Made by a program: the position numbers and the translations under genes. Below the pieces are notes generated by a model. That model ran no database searches. It was not told the DNA's origin and worked only from the letters and a program-made list of their open reading frames with translations. Source: Patescibacteria group bacterium (GTDB lineage Bacteria > Patescibacteriota > Patescibacteriia > Patescibacteriales > UBA12465). Taken from it: a stretch of 64,000 nt of DNA. Shown here one piece after another: positions 9,758 to 19,138 of this stretch. Within the stretch, counting starts at the first letter, position 1; every line of letters begins with the position of its first letter. The stretch covers positions 29,752 through 93,751 of the forward strand of contig JBMOHF010000002.1 in assembly GCA_049317985.1 (NCBI GenBank). Direction: 5' to 3'.

Positions 9758-10669
9758 TTATATTTTTTCCGACCCCCTTAACTTGGCAATTCTCTCGGCT
9801 ACTGGCGGGTGAGTCATCATCATTTTAGCGAACCAAGAAGTTTTTTGTTCATTACCTTTGAATGGTGAAGCAATATACAAATGCGCTGTTGCCCGATTAG
9901 CCGCTTCCAGCGGCTCTTGATCGGCAGAAATTTTTTCCAGAGCCCGGGCCAAGCCTTCCGGATAACGAGTCAAAAGCGCGGCATCGGCATCAGCTAAGAA
10001 TTCCCGCTTGCGAGAAATTGCAAACTGCATCATATAAGCGCCAAGCGGAGCGAGAATTGCAAAAACAATTGCGACGATTGTGATAACTAGCGCCATCTGC
10101 CCACCTTCGGAATCATTACTTCTCCTTCGTCCGCCAAAAATTGACCAACGCATAAACCAATCGGCCAACAAAACGACGAGACCAACCATCACGGTCACGA
10201 GTGTGGCGAGCAGGATGTCACGATTGCCAATATGAGACAGCTCGTGAGCGATTACTCCCTCTAATTCAACTTTATCCAACTTCTGCAGTAAACCCGTAGT
10301 GACGGCAATCACGGCGTGATCTTTGTCTCGACCAGTCGCAAAAGCATTGGGTGCAGAATCTTCAATAATATAAATTTTTGGTACAGGCAGGCCAGCAGTG
10401 ATGCAAAGATTTTCCACCAAGTGATAAAGTTCACGCGCACTGTCGTGGTCTATTTCTTTGGCACTACTCATTGCCAAAACCATTTCCGCGCTAAACCAAT
10501 AGCTAAAAAAGCTTGAAACTACACTAAAAGCGACGGCAATATAAAGAATCACCGAATTGTTCATCGCTTGAGAAAACACAAAGCCAACAATCATGATAAA
10601 CGCAAAGAACCCAGTCATTAAATACCAGGTCTTGCGCTTGTTGCTATCGCTATTATGATAAAGGGTCAT
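9758..10669 (-). CDS. htpX: Zinc metalloprotease HtpX (M48)
   Basis: PNAFATG, AHELSH, SRKREFLAD and THPP motifs. Confidence 0.95.
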   Translation of the reverse strand: MTLYHNSDSNKRKTWYLMTGFFAFIMIVGFVFSQAMNNSVILYIAVAFSVVSSFFSYWFSAEMVLAMSSAKEIDHDSARELYHLVENLCITAGLPVPKIYIIEDSAPNAFATGRDKDHAVIAVTTGLLQKLDKVELEGVIAHELSHIGNRDILLATLVTVMVGLVVLLADWFMRWSIFGGRRRSNDSEGGQMALVITIVAIVFAILAPLGAYMMQFAISRKREFLADADAALLTRYPEGLARALEKISADQEPLEAANRATAHLYIASPFKGNEQKTSWFAKMMMTHPPVAERIAKLRGSEKI

Positions 10670-10675
10670 AGAGAA

Positions 10676-11236
10676 TTAGAATTTCACTTCAACAGGTGCT
10701 TTTTCGGCTTCGGCAGTTTCGAAGAAAATACGAACTGAGAATCCTAACATTTTACCAAACATATTCGTTGGGAAAGATTGCAGTTTTGTGTTGAAGTCAC
10801 GAACGTTACCATTATAGAAACGACGAGAAGCCATGATTTTATCTTCCGTGTCAGTTAATTCACGTTGCAGTTCAAGGAAGTTTTGGTTAGCCTTCAAATC
10901 TGGGTAACTTTCTGATAAAGCAAAAATTGACTTCAACGTTGAAGACAAAGCATTTTCCGCTTTTTCAATTGTCTCTGGGTTTCCGCCAGTCTGAGCACTC
11001 ATCGCTTCGTTACGAGCCTTAATGACATTTTCCAAAGTTGCGCTTTCGTGCGCGGCGTAGCCTTTGACGGTTTCGACGAGGTTTGGAATCAAATCGTGAC
11101 GACGTTTCAATTGAACATCGATATCGCTCCAAGCTTCATCGACGCGATTCTTTAAACTTATCAAACCGTTATACATGCCCATCGCCATTAAAGCGATTAA
11201 AACAATGATCCCGATAATAATCCAGGTAGTAGTCAT
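10676..11236 (-). CDS. lemA: LemA family protein
   Basis: IDVQLKRRHDLIPNLVETVKGY, YPDLKAN and RRFYN motifs; adjacent to htpX. Confidence 0.96.
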   Translation of the reverse strand: MTTTWIIIGIIVLIALMAMGMYNGLISLKNRVDEAWSDIDVQLKRRHDLIPNLVETVKGYAAHESATLENVIKARNEAMSAQTGGNPETIEKAENALSSTLKSIFALSESYPDLKANQNFLELQRELTDTEDKIMASRRFYNGNVRDFNTKLQSFPTNMFGKMLGFSVRIFFETAEAEKAPVEVKF

Positions 11237-11377
11237 AAATTTGAGATAATTAATTAATTAATCCCTAATATTATAGAGCAAAAAACGCAAAAAATCAAGT
11301 TTATTTGACGAATAATAAAGATAATGTTAGGATGGTTAATTAAATCGCATATTAACAATTCTAAAAACTCAGTAATC

Positions 11378-12028
11378 ATGAAAAGGATTTTTTTACTTTT
11401 ATTCGTTTGTCTTGCCATGAGTGGCCAGGCACAAAAATTATTACCAACTACTTTTGGCGCCGTGCCAGAAACTTTACTTAAAATATCAAAAGCCGATTTA
11501 GTAGTTCGGATGACTACCGTTTTAGAGCTTCTATCAGAACAAATTCAGCCGGACACGAGTATTCTAAAGATTAGATCATTTTGCGCATTAAGTGACCAGA
11601 ATGGCATTACTTTTTACATCGTGGCAAACATGAAAGAAAACACACTGGGCCTAACATTTTATTCAAACAAAAATGCTTATGGTAACACCTGGCAAGACGC
11701 CAATTGGTTAAAAATTGAATCGAGGGAAAAATGGCAACACGAAGATGAAGGATCAACTTGGAACTATGGATATTTTTTCGACGAAATTTATTTTGATATC
11801 GGCACTGATGGATATTGCGACGGCTATTTAGATAGCCGAAACAATGAAAGTAATTTCATCAATCCTGAGGCGAGTAAGCCGATGGAAAAATTCTTTATGA
11901 AAAATGGCTGGCTTGGAGCATTCAATAAAAATGAATGTTTTAAACCAGGACAAGCCATCTATGCAAATAGACTGTATTTAGAAATTATTAATAGTATTTG
12001 TACTGCCTACGAAAAATATTTTAACTGA
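11378..12028 (+). CDS. Hypothetical secreted protein (orphan cassette)
   Basis: MKRIFLLLFVCLAMSGQA|Q signal peptide from ATG 11378. Promoter TTGACG-N17-TAGGAT upstream and terminator downstream. Confidence 0.7.
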   Translation: MKRIFLLLFVCLAMSGQAQKLLPTTFGAVPETLLKISKADLVVRMTTVLELLSEQIQPDTSILKIRSFCALSDQNGITFYIVANMKENTLGLTFYSNKNAYGNTWQDANWLKIESREKWQHEDEGSTWNYGYFFDEIYFDIGTDGYCDGYLDSRNNESNFINPEASKPMEKFFMKNGWLGAFNKNECFKPGQAIYANRLYLEIINSICTAYEKYFN

Positions 12029-12040
12029 ATAATAAGGACT

Positions 12041-12113
12041 AAAGCACCGAAAAATCAATATCGGTGCTTTTTTATTACAAAAATAAAAAATCGCTTCCTT
12101 GAGAGAAGCGATT
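12041..12113. terminator. Two back-to-back terminators between convergent genes
   Basis: AAAGCACCGA...TCGGTGCTTT+T tract (plus, 12041-12073) and AATCGCTTC...GAAGCGATT (minus, 12085-12113). Confidence 0.75.
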
Positions 12114-12134
12114 GATAAGCAGTTATTCTAAAAG

Positions 12135-12779
12135 CTAATAAGAAGAGTAGCAACTAGAGATCACAGAGATTGTTTTTCTTATTTGCGGCACGGAAGTCAT
12201 ATTATTTAGCCTAGCATTCTTTGGCATTCCCATGACTGCGCGCGGCGTACAAGATACGTGAACAAATAGATACGGAATTTTACAATTTGTTTCCTCTATC
12301 GCTTGAAGCGTTCTGAACATTAATGCATTGCAGCAAAATGAATGGGCATTTTTTGAAATCTTCGTTTCATGAGTTATTTTTTCACGATTTAATTCAGAAA
12401 AGATTTTATCAAGCCTCCAACGATCAAAATCTACCTCCAAGGCAAATTTTGAATTAAACTTATCATCGATAACTCTTTTGTGTTCATGCGACAAACAATA
12501 CTTTTCATTTGCTACCCAATTTCTGGCTAGCGATTCAATTCTTATACCTTCAACGCAAGAAGACATTCCCAGGGAAATAATTGCTTTAGCATCTATCTCT
12601 TGCGCTTTTTTAACAATTTTCCGACCATAATTTGTTGCGTCGGCAAAAACTCTGACCGGGAAGATAAAGCTTTCAACCTGATGAGAGTTTATTATTGATA
12701 AATCGGTTATTGCAGCCTCAGTGGCATTTTCACAATAACTACCAAACTTTTCGAAACCAGTGATTAGGATTTTGTTCAT
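12135..12779 (-). CDS. pcp: Pyroglutamyl-peptidase I (C15)
   Basis: KILITGFEKFG, ISLG, IE..ARN (Glu), F-CCN (Cys) and FVHV (His) triad motifs; AGGAG RBS. Confidence 0.85.
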   Translation of the reverse strand: MNKILITGFEKFGSYCENATEAAITDLSIINSHQVESFIFPVRVFADATNYGRKIVKKAQEIDAKAIISLGMSSCVEGIRIESLARNWVANEKYCLSHEHKRVIDDKFNSKFALEVDFDRWRLDKIFSELNREKITHETKISKNAHSFCCNALMFRTLQAIEETNCKIPYLFVHVSCTPRAVMGMPKNARLNNMTSVPQIRKTISVISSCYSSY

Positions 12780-12829
12780 AAAATACTCCTTTTTTACGGT
12801 TATTAAAATTGTTAATTAACTAAATCTTG

Positions 12830-12901
12830 AGCGAGTGAGCGGAATCGAACCGCCGTTTTCAGCTTGGGAAGCTGACATAATAACCATTATACGACACTCG
12901 C
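12830..12901 (-). tRNA. tRNA-Gly(CCC)
   Basis: GCGAGTG/CACTCGC acceptor stem, TCAGC-TTCCCAA-GCTGA anticodon arm and GGTTCGATTCC T arm. Confidence 0.95.
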
Positions 12902-12928
12902 CTACGCGTCGCAGAAGCAACGCTTTTT

Positions 12929-15889
12929 CTATTGTTTCACAACTGCTAGTTTTGATTTTTCTGCTCCCAGAGAGACTTCTTTCGAAATAATATTTTCCGG
13001 AATAGTTACCAAAAGAAGGTCGTCGCTTAAAGTATCTTTTTTGAGATCTTCTTTAAATTTTTCAACCGTTGAAATAACTTCAGCGTCGACAGTTTCTAAA
13101 TAGACTAGCACTCGGTCAGAAAGAGTCAAGCCCGCCTCTTTGCGAAGCATATTCACAAAACGAACTATTTCACGCTTCAAACCCTCAAGCTTCAATTCTG
13201 GGGTAATCACTGTATCTAAAATTACTTCTGGGAAATCATTTTCAAACTTCTCCCAAATCACTTTTTGGATATTCAATTCATCTTTAATTAATTCTAAATA
13301 CTCACTACCTAATTCAAATTCCTTCGTCTTAACCGTTAGAGAGGTGAGCATCTGACGAATTTTTATTCCGGCCCCATCGCGAGCAGCGAGACCGAGCTCA
13401 ACAACTTTGCGAACTAATTCCATCTGAGCTAAAACGGTTTGAGATTTCTCATCGATGTTTTTTATTTCAGACCATTTTTCCAAGTGCACTGATTTTTCAC
13501 CATCAGAAAATTCGCTACCCGTGAGATTCTGCCAGAGATTTTCTGCAACAAAAGGCATAAAGGGGGCGAGGACTTTTGATAACTCGAGTAAAACATATTT
13601 TGTTGTTGCTAAAGCAGATTGTTTGTCGTTTTCATCTTCACTTTTGAAACGCTCACGACTGCGACGTAAAAACCAAGTAGAGAGTTCGTCAACGAATTCG
13701 GTTATTGGGCGCATGGCTTTCTGAAGATTATAAGCCTCCATCGCTTCGGTAACATCTTTGAGCAACAAATTAAACTTCGCAATAATCCAGAGATCAAGGA
13801 TATTCTCTGATTGCTTATTTTCATCGGTGAGCTCAGCGCCAAACATTTCATAGAATTTATAAACATTCCAAAGAATCATTAAATTCTTGCGCAAAGATTC
13901 TTCTGTTCCCTTTTCTGAGAAATTAAGATTTTCGGCTTGAACTACTGGCGAAGATAGGATGTAGGCACGCAAAGCATCTGCTCCGTACTTATCTAAAACA
14001 TACATTGGATCAGGATAGTTTTTGTCACGTTTGGCCATTTTTTTGCCATCCTCAGCTTGAACAATTCCGTTCACCACAACGTTCTTGAAAGCCTCCTGGT
14101 TTCTGATACCGCCAGAGATAACGTGCAAATAGTAAAACCAGCAACGAGTTTGATCAACCCCTTCCGCGATAAATTGAGCTGGGAAATTTTTTTCAAACTT
14201 TTCTTTATTCTCAAAAGGATAATGTAACTGAGCGTATGGCATTGATCCAGATTCAAACCAACAATCCATCACGTCTGGAATGCGAGTCATTGTCCCCTGA
14301 CATTTTTCGCATTTAAATGTTAACAAATCGACTTTGTCTTTGTGAATATCGGTAATTTTTTGGCCAGTTAATTCTTCTAATTCGGCCACACTGCCAAGCA
14401 CTTTTCTTTCGCCGCATTCACATTCCCAAATTGGCATAGCGCTCGCCCAAAAACGCTGGCGAGAAATAGACCAATCCCTTGCACCTTCCAACCAATTGCC
14501 AAAGCGGCCATTTTTCAGATAATCTGGTGACCAATTAATATTCTTGGCACTCTCCAAGAGTCTTTCTTTGATTTTAGTTACTCCCACAAACCAGGATGAG
14601 GTTGCGTAATTGATCAAAGGAGTTGCACAGCGCCAACAATGAGGGTAGCTATGTTCATACTTTTCTTTATGAAATAAAGTCCCGTGCGCTGCTAAGTATT
14701 TGATAATTTCGATATCAGTCGTCATGTGATCTTCTACTGGTTTGACGTGCAGACCTTGGAAATCAAGCACTTCGGATTTAAACATCCCGTCCATCCCAAC
14801 GTGTTGAACAAACGGCAAACCATTTTCCCTTCCGAGATTCATGTCATCTTCACCAAAAGCAGGAGCAATATGAACAACACCTGTCCCATCAGTAGTTGTC
14901 ACAAATTCAGCGGCATAAATTTGCCAGCCGTTATTGCGATTTTCTAAAGAAACATCATTGGAATAGTAAGGGAATAATGGTTCATAATATAAGCCAACTA
15001 AATCAGATCCCTTTATATCATCATGAACAATTTCAATTTCTTGGTCTTTTAGGACATCTTTAACTCTTTCTTTTGCTAAAATTATAAGTTCGGGGACACC
15101 CTTGATTCTCAAAGCAACATAATTAATATCTGCACCAACTGCTAAGGCAACATTGCCAATTAAAGTCCAAGGCGTTGTTGTCCAAGCTAATATATAAACT
15201 GAGTCCTTAGTTTCATTTTCATTCCCCCATTTTTGCCCAGCCTTGATATGAAACTTCGCAATTGCCGAAAGATCTTTAATATCTTGGTACCCTTCGGTTA
15301 CTTCTGATTGCGATAAAGTTGTTTCACATCTTGGGCAAACATGCATGGAACGATAATCTTTGTAGATTAAATTTTTGTCCCACAATTGTTTAAAAGTCCA
15401 CCAAACGCTTTCCATGTAATCCAGGTCCATTGTCCGATAAGAATTTTTCATATCAGCCCAGCGACCAAGGCGAGTGATCACCTTCTCCCATTCGTCGGCA
15501 TAGGTCATCACTTTTGAACGACAAAGATCATTGAACTTGGCGACGCCCAATTCAATAATTTCTTTCTTGGTTTTTGTGCCCAACTCCTTCTCAACGATAT
15601 TTTCAATTGGCAAACCATGACAGTCCCAACCCCAACGACGCTCAACGCGATAGCCGTTCATTGTGAAATATCTCGGCACAACATCCTTCAAGATACTGCC
15701 AACTAAATGACCATAATGCGGCGTACCAGTGGCAAAAGGAGGGCCATCGTAAAAAACGTAATCACCACGGGGTGCTTCTTGATCTACTGACTTTTGAAAA
15801 ATCTGATTGGTGTTCCAAAAAGAAAGAGCTTTTTCTTCTAGCTCTGGGAAAGAAACACGTTGATTTTGGACTTGATTATTATCTGACAT
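12929..15889 (-). CDS. ileS: Isoleucine--tRNA ligase (type 2, IleRS2)
   Basis: FYDGPPFATGTPHYGH, WTTTPWTL, RDWSISRQR and KMAKR..NYPDP; C-terminal EG..RE extension rather than a zinc finger. ATG at 15889 preferred. Confidence 0.96.
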   Translation of the reverse strand: MSDNNQVQNQRVSFPELEEKALSFWNTNQIFQKSVDQEAPRGDYVFYDGPPFATGTPHYGHLVGSILKDVVPRYFTMNGYRVERRWGWDCHGLPIENIVEKELGTKTKKEIIELGVAKFNDLCRSKVMTYADEWEKVITRLGRWADMKNSYRTMDLDYMESVWWTFKQLWDKNLIYKDYRSMHVCPRCETTLSQSEVTEGYQDIKDLSAIAKFHIKAGQKWGNENETKDSVYILAWTTTPWTLIGNVALAVGADINYVALRIKGVPELIILAKERVKDVLKDQEIEIVHDDIKGSDLVGLYYEPLFPYYSNDVSLENRNNGWQIYAAEFVTTTDGTGVVHIAPAFGEDDMNLGRENGLPFVQHVGMDGMFKSEVLDFQGLHVKPVEDHMTTDIEIIKYLAAHGTLFHKEKYEHSYPHCWRCATPLINYATSSWFVGVTKIKERLLESAKNINWSPDYLKNGRFGNWLEGARDWSISRQRFWASAMPIWECECGERKVLGSVAELEELTGQKITDIHKDKVDLLTFKCEKCQGTMTRIPDVMDCWFESGSMPYAQLHYPFENKEKFEKNFPAQFIAEGVDQTRCWFYYLHVISGGIRNQEAFKNVVVNGIVQAEDGKKMAKRDKNYPDPMYVLDKYGADALRAYILSSPVVQAENLNFSEKGTEESLRKNLMILWNVYKFYEMFGAELTDENKQSENILDLWIIAKFNLLLKDVTEAMEAYNLQKAMRPITEFVDELSTWFLRRSRERFKSEDENDKQSALATTKYVLLELSKVLAPFMPFVAENLWQNLTGSEFSDGEKSVHLEKWSEIKNIDEKSQTVLAQMELVRKVVELGLAARDGAGIKIRQMLTSLTVKTKEFELGSEYLELIKDELNIQKVIWEKFENDFPEVILDTVITPELKLEGLKREIVRFVNMLRKEAGLTLSDRVLVYLETVDAEVISTVEKFKEDLKKDTLSDDLLLVTIPENIISKEVSLGAEKSKLAVVKQ

Positions 15890-15953
15890 ATTTAAGGGAT
15901 ATTTATTATGTATATGGCTTAAATTAACATAAAGTATTGATAAAAGCAATGAT

Positions 15954-16496
15954 TTAAGCCATGGATTCAAAGACCGGTAATTCTGAAAAATCCGACTTAC
16001 CGATGGCAAAGACTAATTTTTTAGGACAACTCAGTCCGTTCTTTTCCATTATCCCCAAAGCACAGCTACGGTGCATACCCTCGATAACAAATATTTTTCC
16101 ATCTTTTGTCTCCAAAGCAATAATCATCTTTGTCTCAGGGTAGTTCTTTATAATAGCTTGAACGTCACGATGATTTTTAACCTCCTCTTGATCGGCCAAC
16201 TCTAAGAAATTACTAGTCTTTTTTCCTTGATACCGATTTTTAATCCAGCCTTGGAATGGTCCGCCAAACCATGTCGAAACAACTGCACAAGGCTCACTTA
16301 CCTCATAAAGACCCCAGGTTGCTTTGGCGCATTCAAACCTTTTAGCATAACATTTTAAGCGCCAGTCAGCCCAAGAAGCAAAACCTTTTTCCTTAACTAT
16401 GTTTAACCATTTTTGACTATCACCTTCGCCCTGAAACCAAGAAAGAAATACCTCCTCCCATTCACAAGAGCGGATTAGTTTAACTCTTTGATCCAT
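15954..16496 (-). CDS. Hypothetical protein with a possible ParB/Srx-like motif
   Basis: VIEGMHRSCAL resembles the ParB-N 'xxDGxHR' motif. Overlaps the upstream gene. Confidence 0.55.
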   Translation of the reverse strand: MDQRVKLIRSCEWEEVFLSWFQGEGDSQKWLNIVKEKGFASWADWRLKCYAKRFECAKATWGLYEVSEPCAVVSTWFGGPFQGWIKNRYQGKKTSNFLELADQEEVKNHRDVQAIIKNYPETKMIIALETKDGKIFVIEGMHRSCALGIMEKNGLSCPKKLVFAIGKSDFSELPVFESMA

Positions 16497-16701
16497 ATTG
16501 TTGTTCTCTTAAATATTCAAACCTTGGCATAACTTTTCCGTCGACTTCTACGTTCTCCAAAAACATCGCTAAGGGGCGGACCCAAAGTTCATCATTATGA
16601 TAATAAGCAACCATTTCTTCCATGGTTTCACTGTGTTTGGCGACTCCAATGACCTGGCAATCAACTCCTTTATAATGGCGATAAATTCCTGATTTTAGCA
16701 T
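16480..16701 (-). CDS. DUF1653 domain protein
   Basis: GIYRHYKG, AKHSET.E, LWVRPLAMF and PRF motifs. Confidence 0.9.
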   Translation of the reverse strand: MLKSGIYRHYKGVDCQVIGVAKHSETMEEMVAYYHNDELWVRPLAMFLENVEVDGKVMPRFEYLREQQYGSKS

Positions 16702-16708
16702 ATTGGTT

Positions 16709-17539
16709 TTATTTTAATTCCTTTTTTTGCTTAGGTAAAAATTTATTTTTAGAAATAATAGAACGACCAACTTGTTTTTCTAACTCTTCTCTTGCTTTTT
16801 CAGCTACCCCACCACCCTTTGTGGCAACTTTTCGGCTATCATCAAATGTCTCCGGTTCCTCAACTTTGGATATTTCCGTTGTTGAAGCCTCGGCAAGCAT
16901 ATTTAAGACTAATTCTAGATTGGTCATATTGTCTCTCAAATTTTCTTTTTTGAGACTTTTAAATTCTTTATAATCTTTGGTTTTTAAACCGGCCCAGGCG
17001 AAAGTGATGTCATCCGTCAGAGTAGCAAACTCATCTGGTTTGTTTACTCCTCGCTCATTCCATTCGTTAGTTAAGTCTTTGCGAATTTCAATACTTTTCA
17101 ATCGTAAATCAACCCAACTTTTGGAATGTCCTTTCTTAATATAAGTGGTCATCGCTCTTTGAATCGCTTTCTCCGGATCTTCCACTTCTTCTACTCGTTC
17201 ATAACCGACACGAGCTAACCAAAGTTTAAAAGGTTCGGCGTTTGGTGAAGGAACAGATTGAATCAAACGAAAGATGGTTTCCGTATCGGCGGCGTCTGAG
17301 AGATAATATTTACCATCTTTAGCTAAAAATTTCAGTTGGTGACATTTTGTCACCACCTCACTACCCTCCCCTTTTAACCTTTGGGATAATTTGTTCCAAT
17401 ACTTTCTAGCGTCAGAACTAGATACCAAACTAGCCACTACATCTACCACCGAAAAATACCATTTTTCTTTTTTCTCATCCCAAAAACGTCGAATTTCTTG
17501 ACCCGAAAAAATACTTAAATTTTGAAGTTCATTTTTCAT
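16709..17539 (-). CDS. Bro-N domain / phage antirepressor-like DNA-binding protein
   Basis: IRR.WD...WYFSVVDVV, YWNKL, RLIQSVPSPNAEPFKLWLA and LRDNMT.LEL motifs. Confidence 0.85.
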   Translation of the reverse strand: MKNELQNLSIFSGQEIRRFWDEKKEKWYFSVVDVVASLVSSSDARKYWNKLSQRLKGEGSEVVTKCHQLKFLAKDGKYYLSDAADTETIFRLIQSVPSPNAEPFKLWLARVGYERVEEVEDPEKAIQRAMTTYIKKGHSKSWVDLRLKSIEIRKDLTNEWNERGVNKPDEFATLTDDITFAWAGLKTKDYKEFKSLKKENLRDNMTNLELVLNMLAEASTTEISKVEEPETFDDSRKVATKGGGVAEKAREELEKQVGRSIISKNKFLPKQKKELK

Positions 17540-17544
17540 AACTT

Positions 17545-17570
17545 TATTTGTTATTAATTAATAACAAATA
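17545..17570. promoter_or_regulatory. 26-bp perfect palindrome, candidate operator of the Bro-N gene
   Basis: TATTTGTTATTAATTAATAACAAATA lies between the TG-n-TATAAT -10 box and the ATG at 17539. Confidence 0.55.
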
Positions 17571-17606
17571 TTATAACAAATTGATAATAAATTCCCGGTA
17601 AATAAA

Positions 17607-17801
17607 TTATAAACTTGGGTTTAAGGCCCTTTCCTTCAGTTCGGCAATTTCCTCCTCATCTTCATAGAGCTCTCCCTTGCCTAATTTAAAAAGCAAAGGG
17701 ATGACGCCGCATTTCGCACATTCACCCCACTTACATTTACCCTTTTTCTGGAAGTGCTCTCGGCACATTGCGACTTCTTTGTTGAAAGTTTCTTCAGTCA
17801 T
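17607..17801 (-). CDS. Small Cys-rich hypothetical protein
   Basis: MTEETFNKEVAMC...CKWGECAKCG. ATG at 17801 avoids overlap with the NUDIX gene. Confidence 0.6.
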   Translation of the reverse strand: MTEETFNKEVAMCREHFQKKGKCKWGECAKCGVIPLLFKLGKGELYEDEEEIAELKERALNPSL

Positions 17802-17814
17802 AAATTTATATTTA

Positions 17815-18279
17815 TTATTTACTGCCACAGCATTCTTGAAACTTCTTACCGCTACCGCAAAGACATAGTGGATTTTCATTTAAAAATGATTTAGTTGCTG
17901 GAAAAATATTTTCTGGTAATTCGGTTAGTTTAAACCACTTCATATCGGAAAATTTGTCTGGCTCCATTAGCTTTTCTTCGCCACTATAATTTTTAGCTGT
18001 CATGTGGATTGTTACGTAATGTTTATTTTCTTCTGGATACACGTTGCTTATTACGCCGATCACATCAACCTCTTTGACATCTATATCAACCTCCTCCTTA
18101 GTTTCTCGAGCCCCGGCTTCAAGAAATGTTTCGCCATATTCCATATGACCACCCGGTGCGCACCAAAAACCAGAAGCATGAACTGAGTTTCTCAGAGATA
18201 ACAAAACCTCATTTTTATCATTAATAATATAAACCCCAACGCCAACCTTAGGACGAAGATCTTTGTTTGATTCTGACAT
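17815..18279 (-). CDS. NUDIX hydrolase with C-terminal SEC-C zinc-binding motif
   Basis: GGHMEYGETFLEAGARETKEEVDI Nudix box; C-terminal CLCGSGKKFQECCG. Confidence 0.9.
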   Translation of the reverse strand: MSESNKDLRPKVGVGVYIINDKNEVLLSLRNSVHASGFWCAPGGHMEYGETFLEAGARETKEEVDIDVKEVDVIGVISNVYPEENKHYVTIHMTAKNYSGEEKLMEPDKFSDMKWFKLTELPENIFPATKSFLNENPLCLCGSGKKFQECCGSK

Positions 18280-18294
18280 ATTTTTTAATTGTTA

Positions 18295-18744
18295 TTAAAC
18301 TATAAATTGCTTATATCCCTCCTCAACATATTCTTTTGCGAACTCTGCGTTTTGAATTGATTTGAACTCGTGATGATAACTGAAAAATTTTTCAATCAAT
18401 TCCCTTTCTTCTAACGCAATATCTTCCCAATTTTTTATTAATGTAATCGTTCCGTCAATTGCCACAATCTTATCATCACCGTCAGCACGATTTATTAAAG
18501 CGATTGGCTCGATCTCAACTTCTTCGCCGACCGCAAAAGTTTTTTCGGAAATAATTAAAACATCAATTTCGTCTCCTTCTCCGACATTCAAGGTGTTCGG
18601 AATATACCCATAATGGACTGGCATAACCCCATCATTTACTGGGATTACATCAATTATTGGTCCAAGATCGATAAAACCAGTTTTCGCAAAATTAAAATGC
18701 CTTCGCCTGTTGTCTCCTTTTGGAATTTCAATAATTGCTTTCAT
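18295..18744 (-). CDS. ppa: Inorganic diphosphatase (family I)
   Basis: IIEIPKG, YGYIPNT..GEGDEIDV, DDKIVA and FF..Y motifs. Confidence 0.8.
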   Translation of the reverse strand: MKAIIEIPKGDNRRRHFNFAKTGFIDLGPIIDVIPVNDGVMPVHYGYIPNTLNVGEGDEIDVLIISEKTFAVGEEVEIEPIALINRADGDDKIVAIDGTITLIKNWEDIALEERELIEKFFSYHHEFKSIQNAEFAKEYVEEGYKQFIV

Positions 18745-18748
18745 ATTT

Positions 18749-19117
18749 TTATTCTTTCTCTATTTTCGCCTGATACCACAAATCTAAACCATCATTAGGA
18801 TAACGAGGTACAATATGCAAGTGAAAATGAAAAACGCTCTGCTGAGCATCAGCACCGGCAGCATGAAGGACATTTACTCCGGTTGCATTCATTTCGACTT
18901 TCATCTTTCCAGCTAGTTCTCGAGTTACTTCCATGACCCGAGCTAATGACTCAGATGAGATATCGAGAATATTTTCACAATGCTCTTTAGGTATTACTAA
19001 GGTGTGCCCTTTGCTTACTGGGCCATGAGTAAAAAAAGCCAATACAGATTCATCTTCATAAACCTTTTTAGCTTCAGCTTCTCCTCTTATAATTTTGCAA
19101 AAAATACAATTTTCCAT
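18749..19117 (-). CDS. HIT family hydrolase
   Basis: CIFCKI, GHTLVIPKEH and HFHLHIVPR motifs. Confidence 0.95.
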   Translation of the reverse strand: MENCIFCKIIRGEAEAKKVYEDESVLAFFTHGPVSKGHTLVIPKEHCENILDISSESLARVMEVTRELAGKMKVEMNATGVNVLHAAGADAQQSVFHFHLHIVPRYPNDGLDLWYQAKIEKE

Positions 19118-19138
19118 ATTTTTATTTTCCGAAATATT

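Noticed and set aside
16709-17539. Prophage suggested by the Bro-N antirepressor-like gene
   Set aside because: No integrase, structural or replication phage genes nearby.
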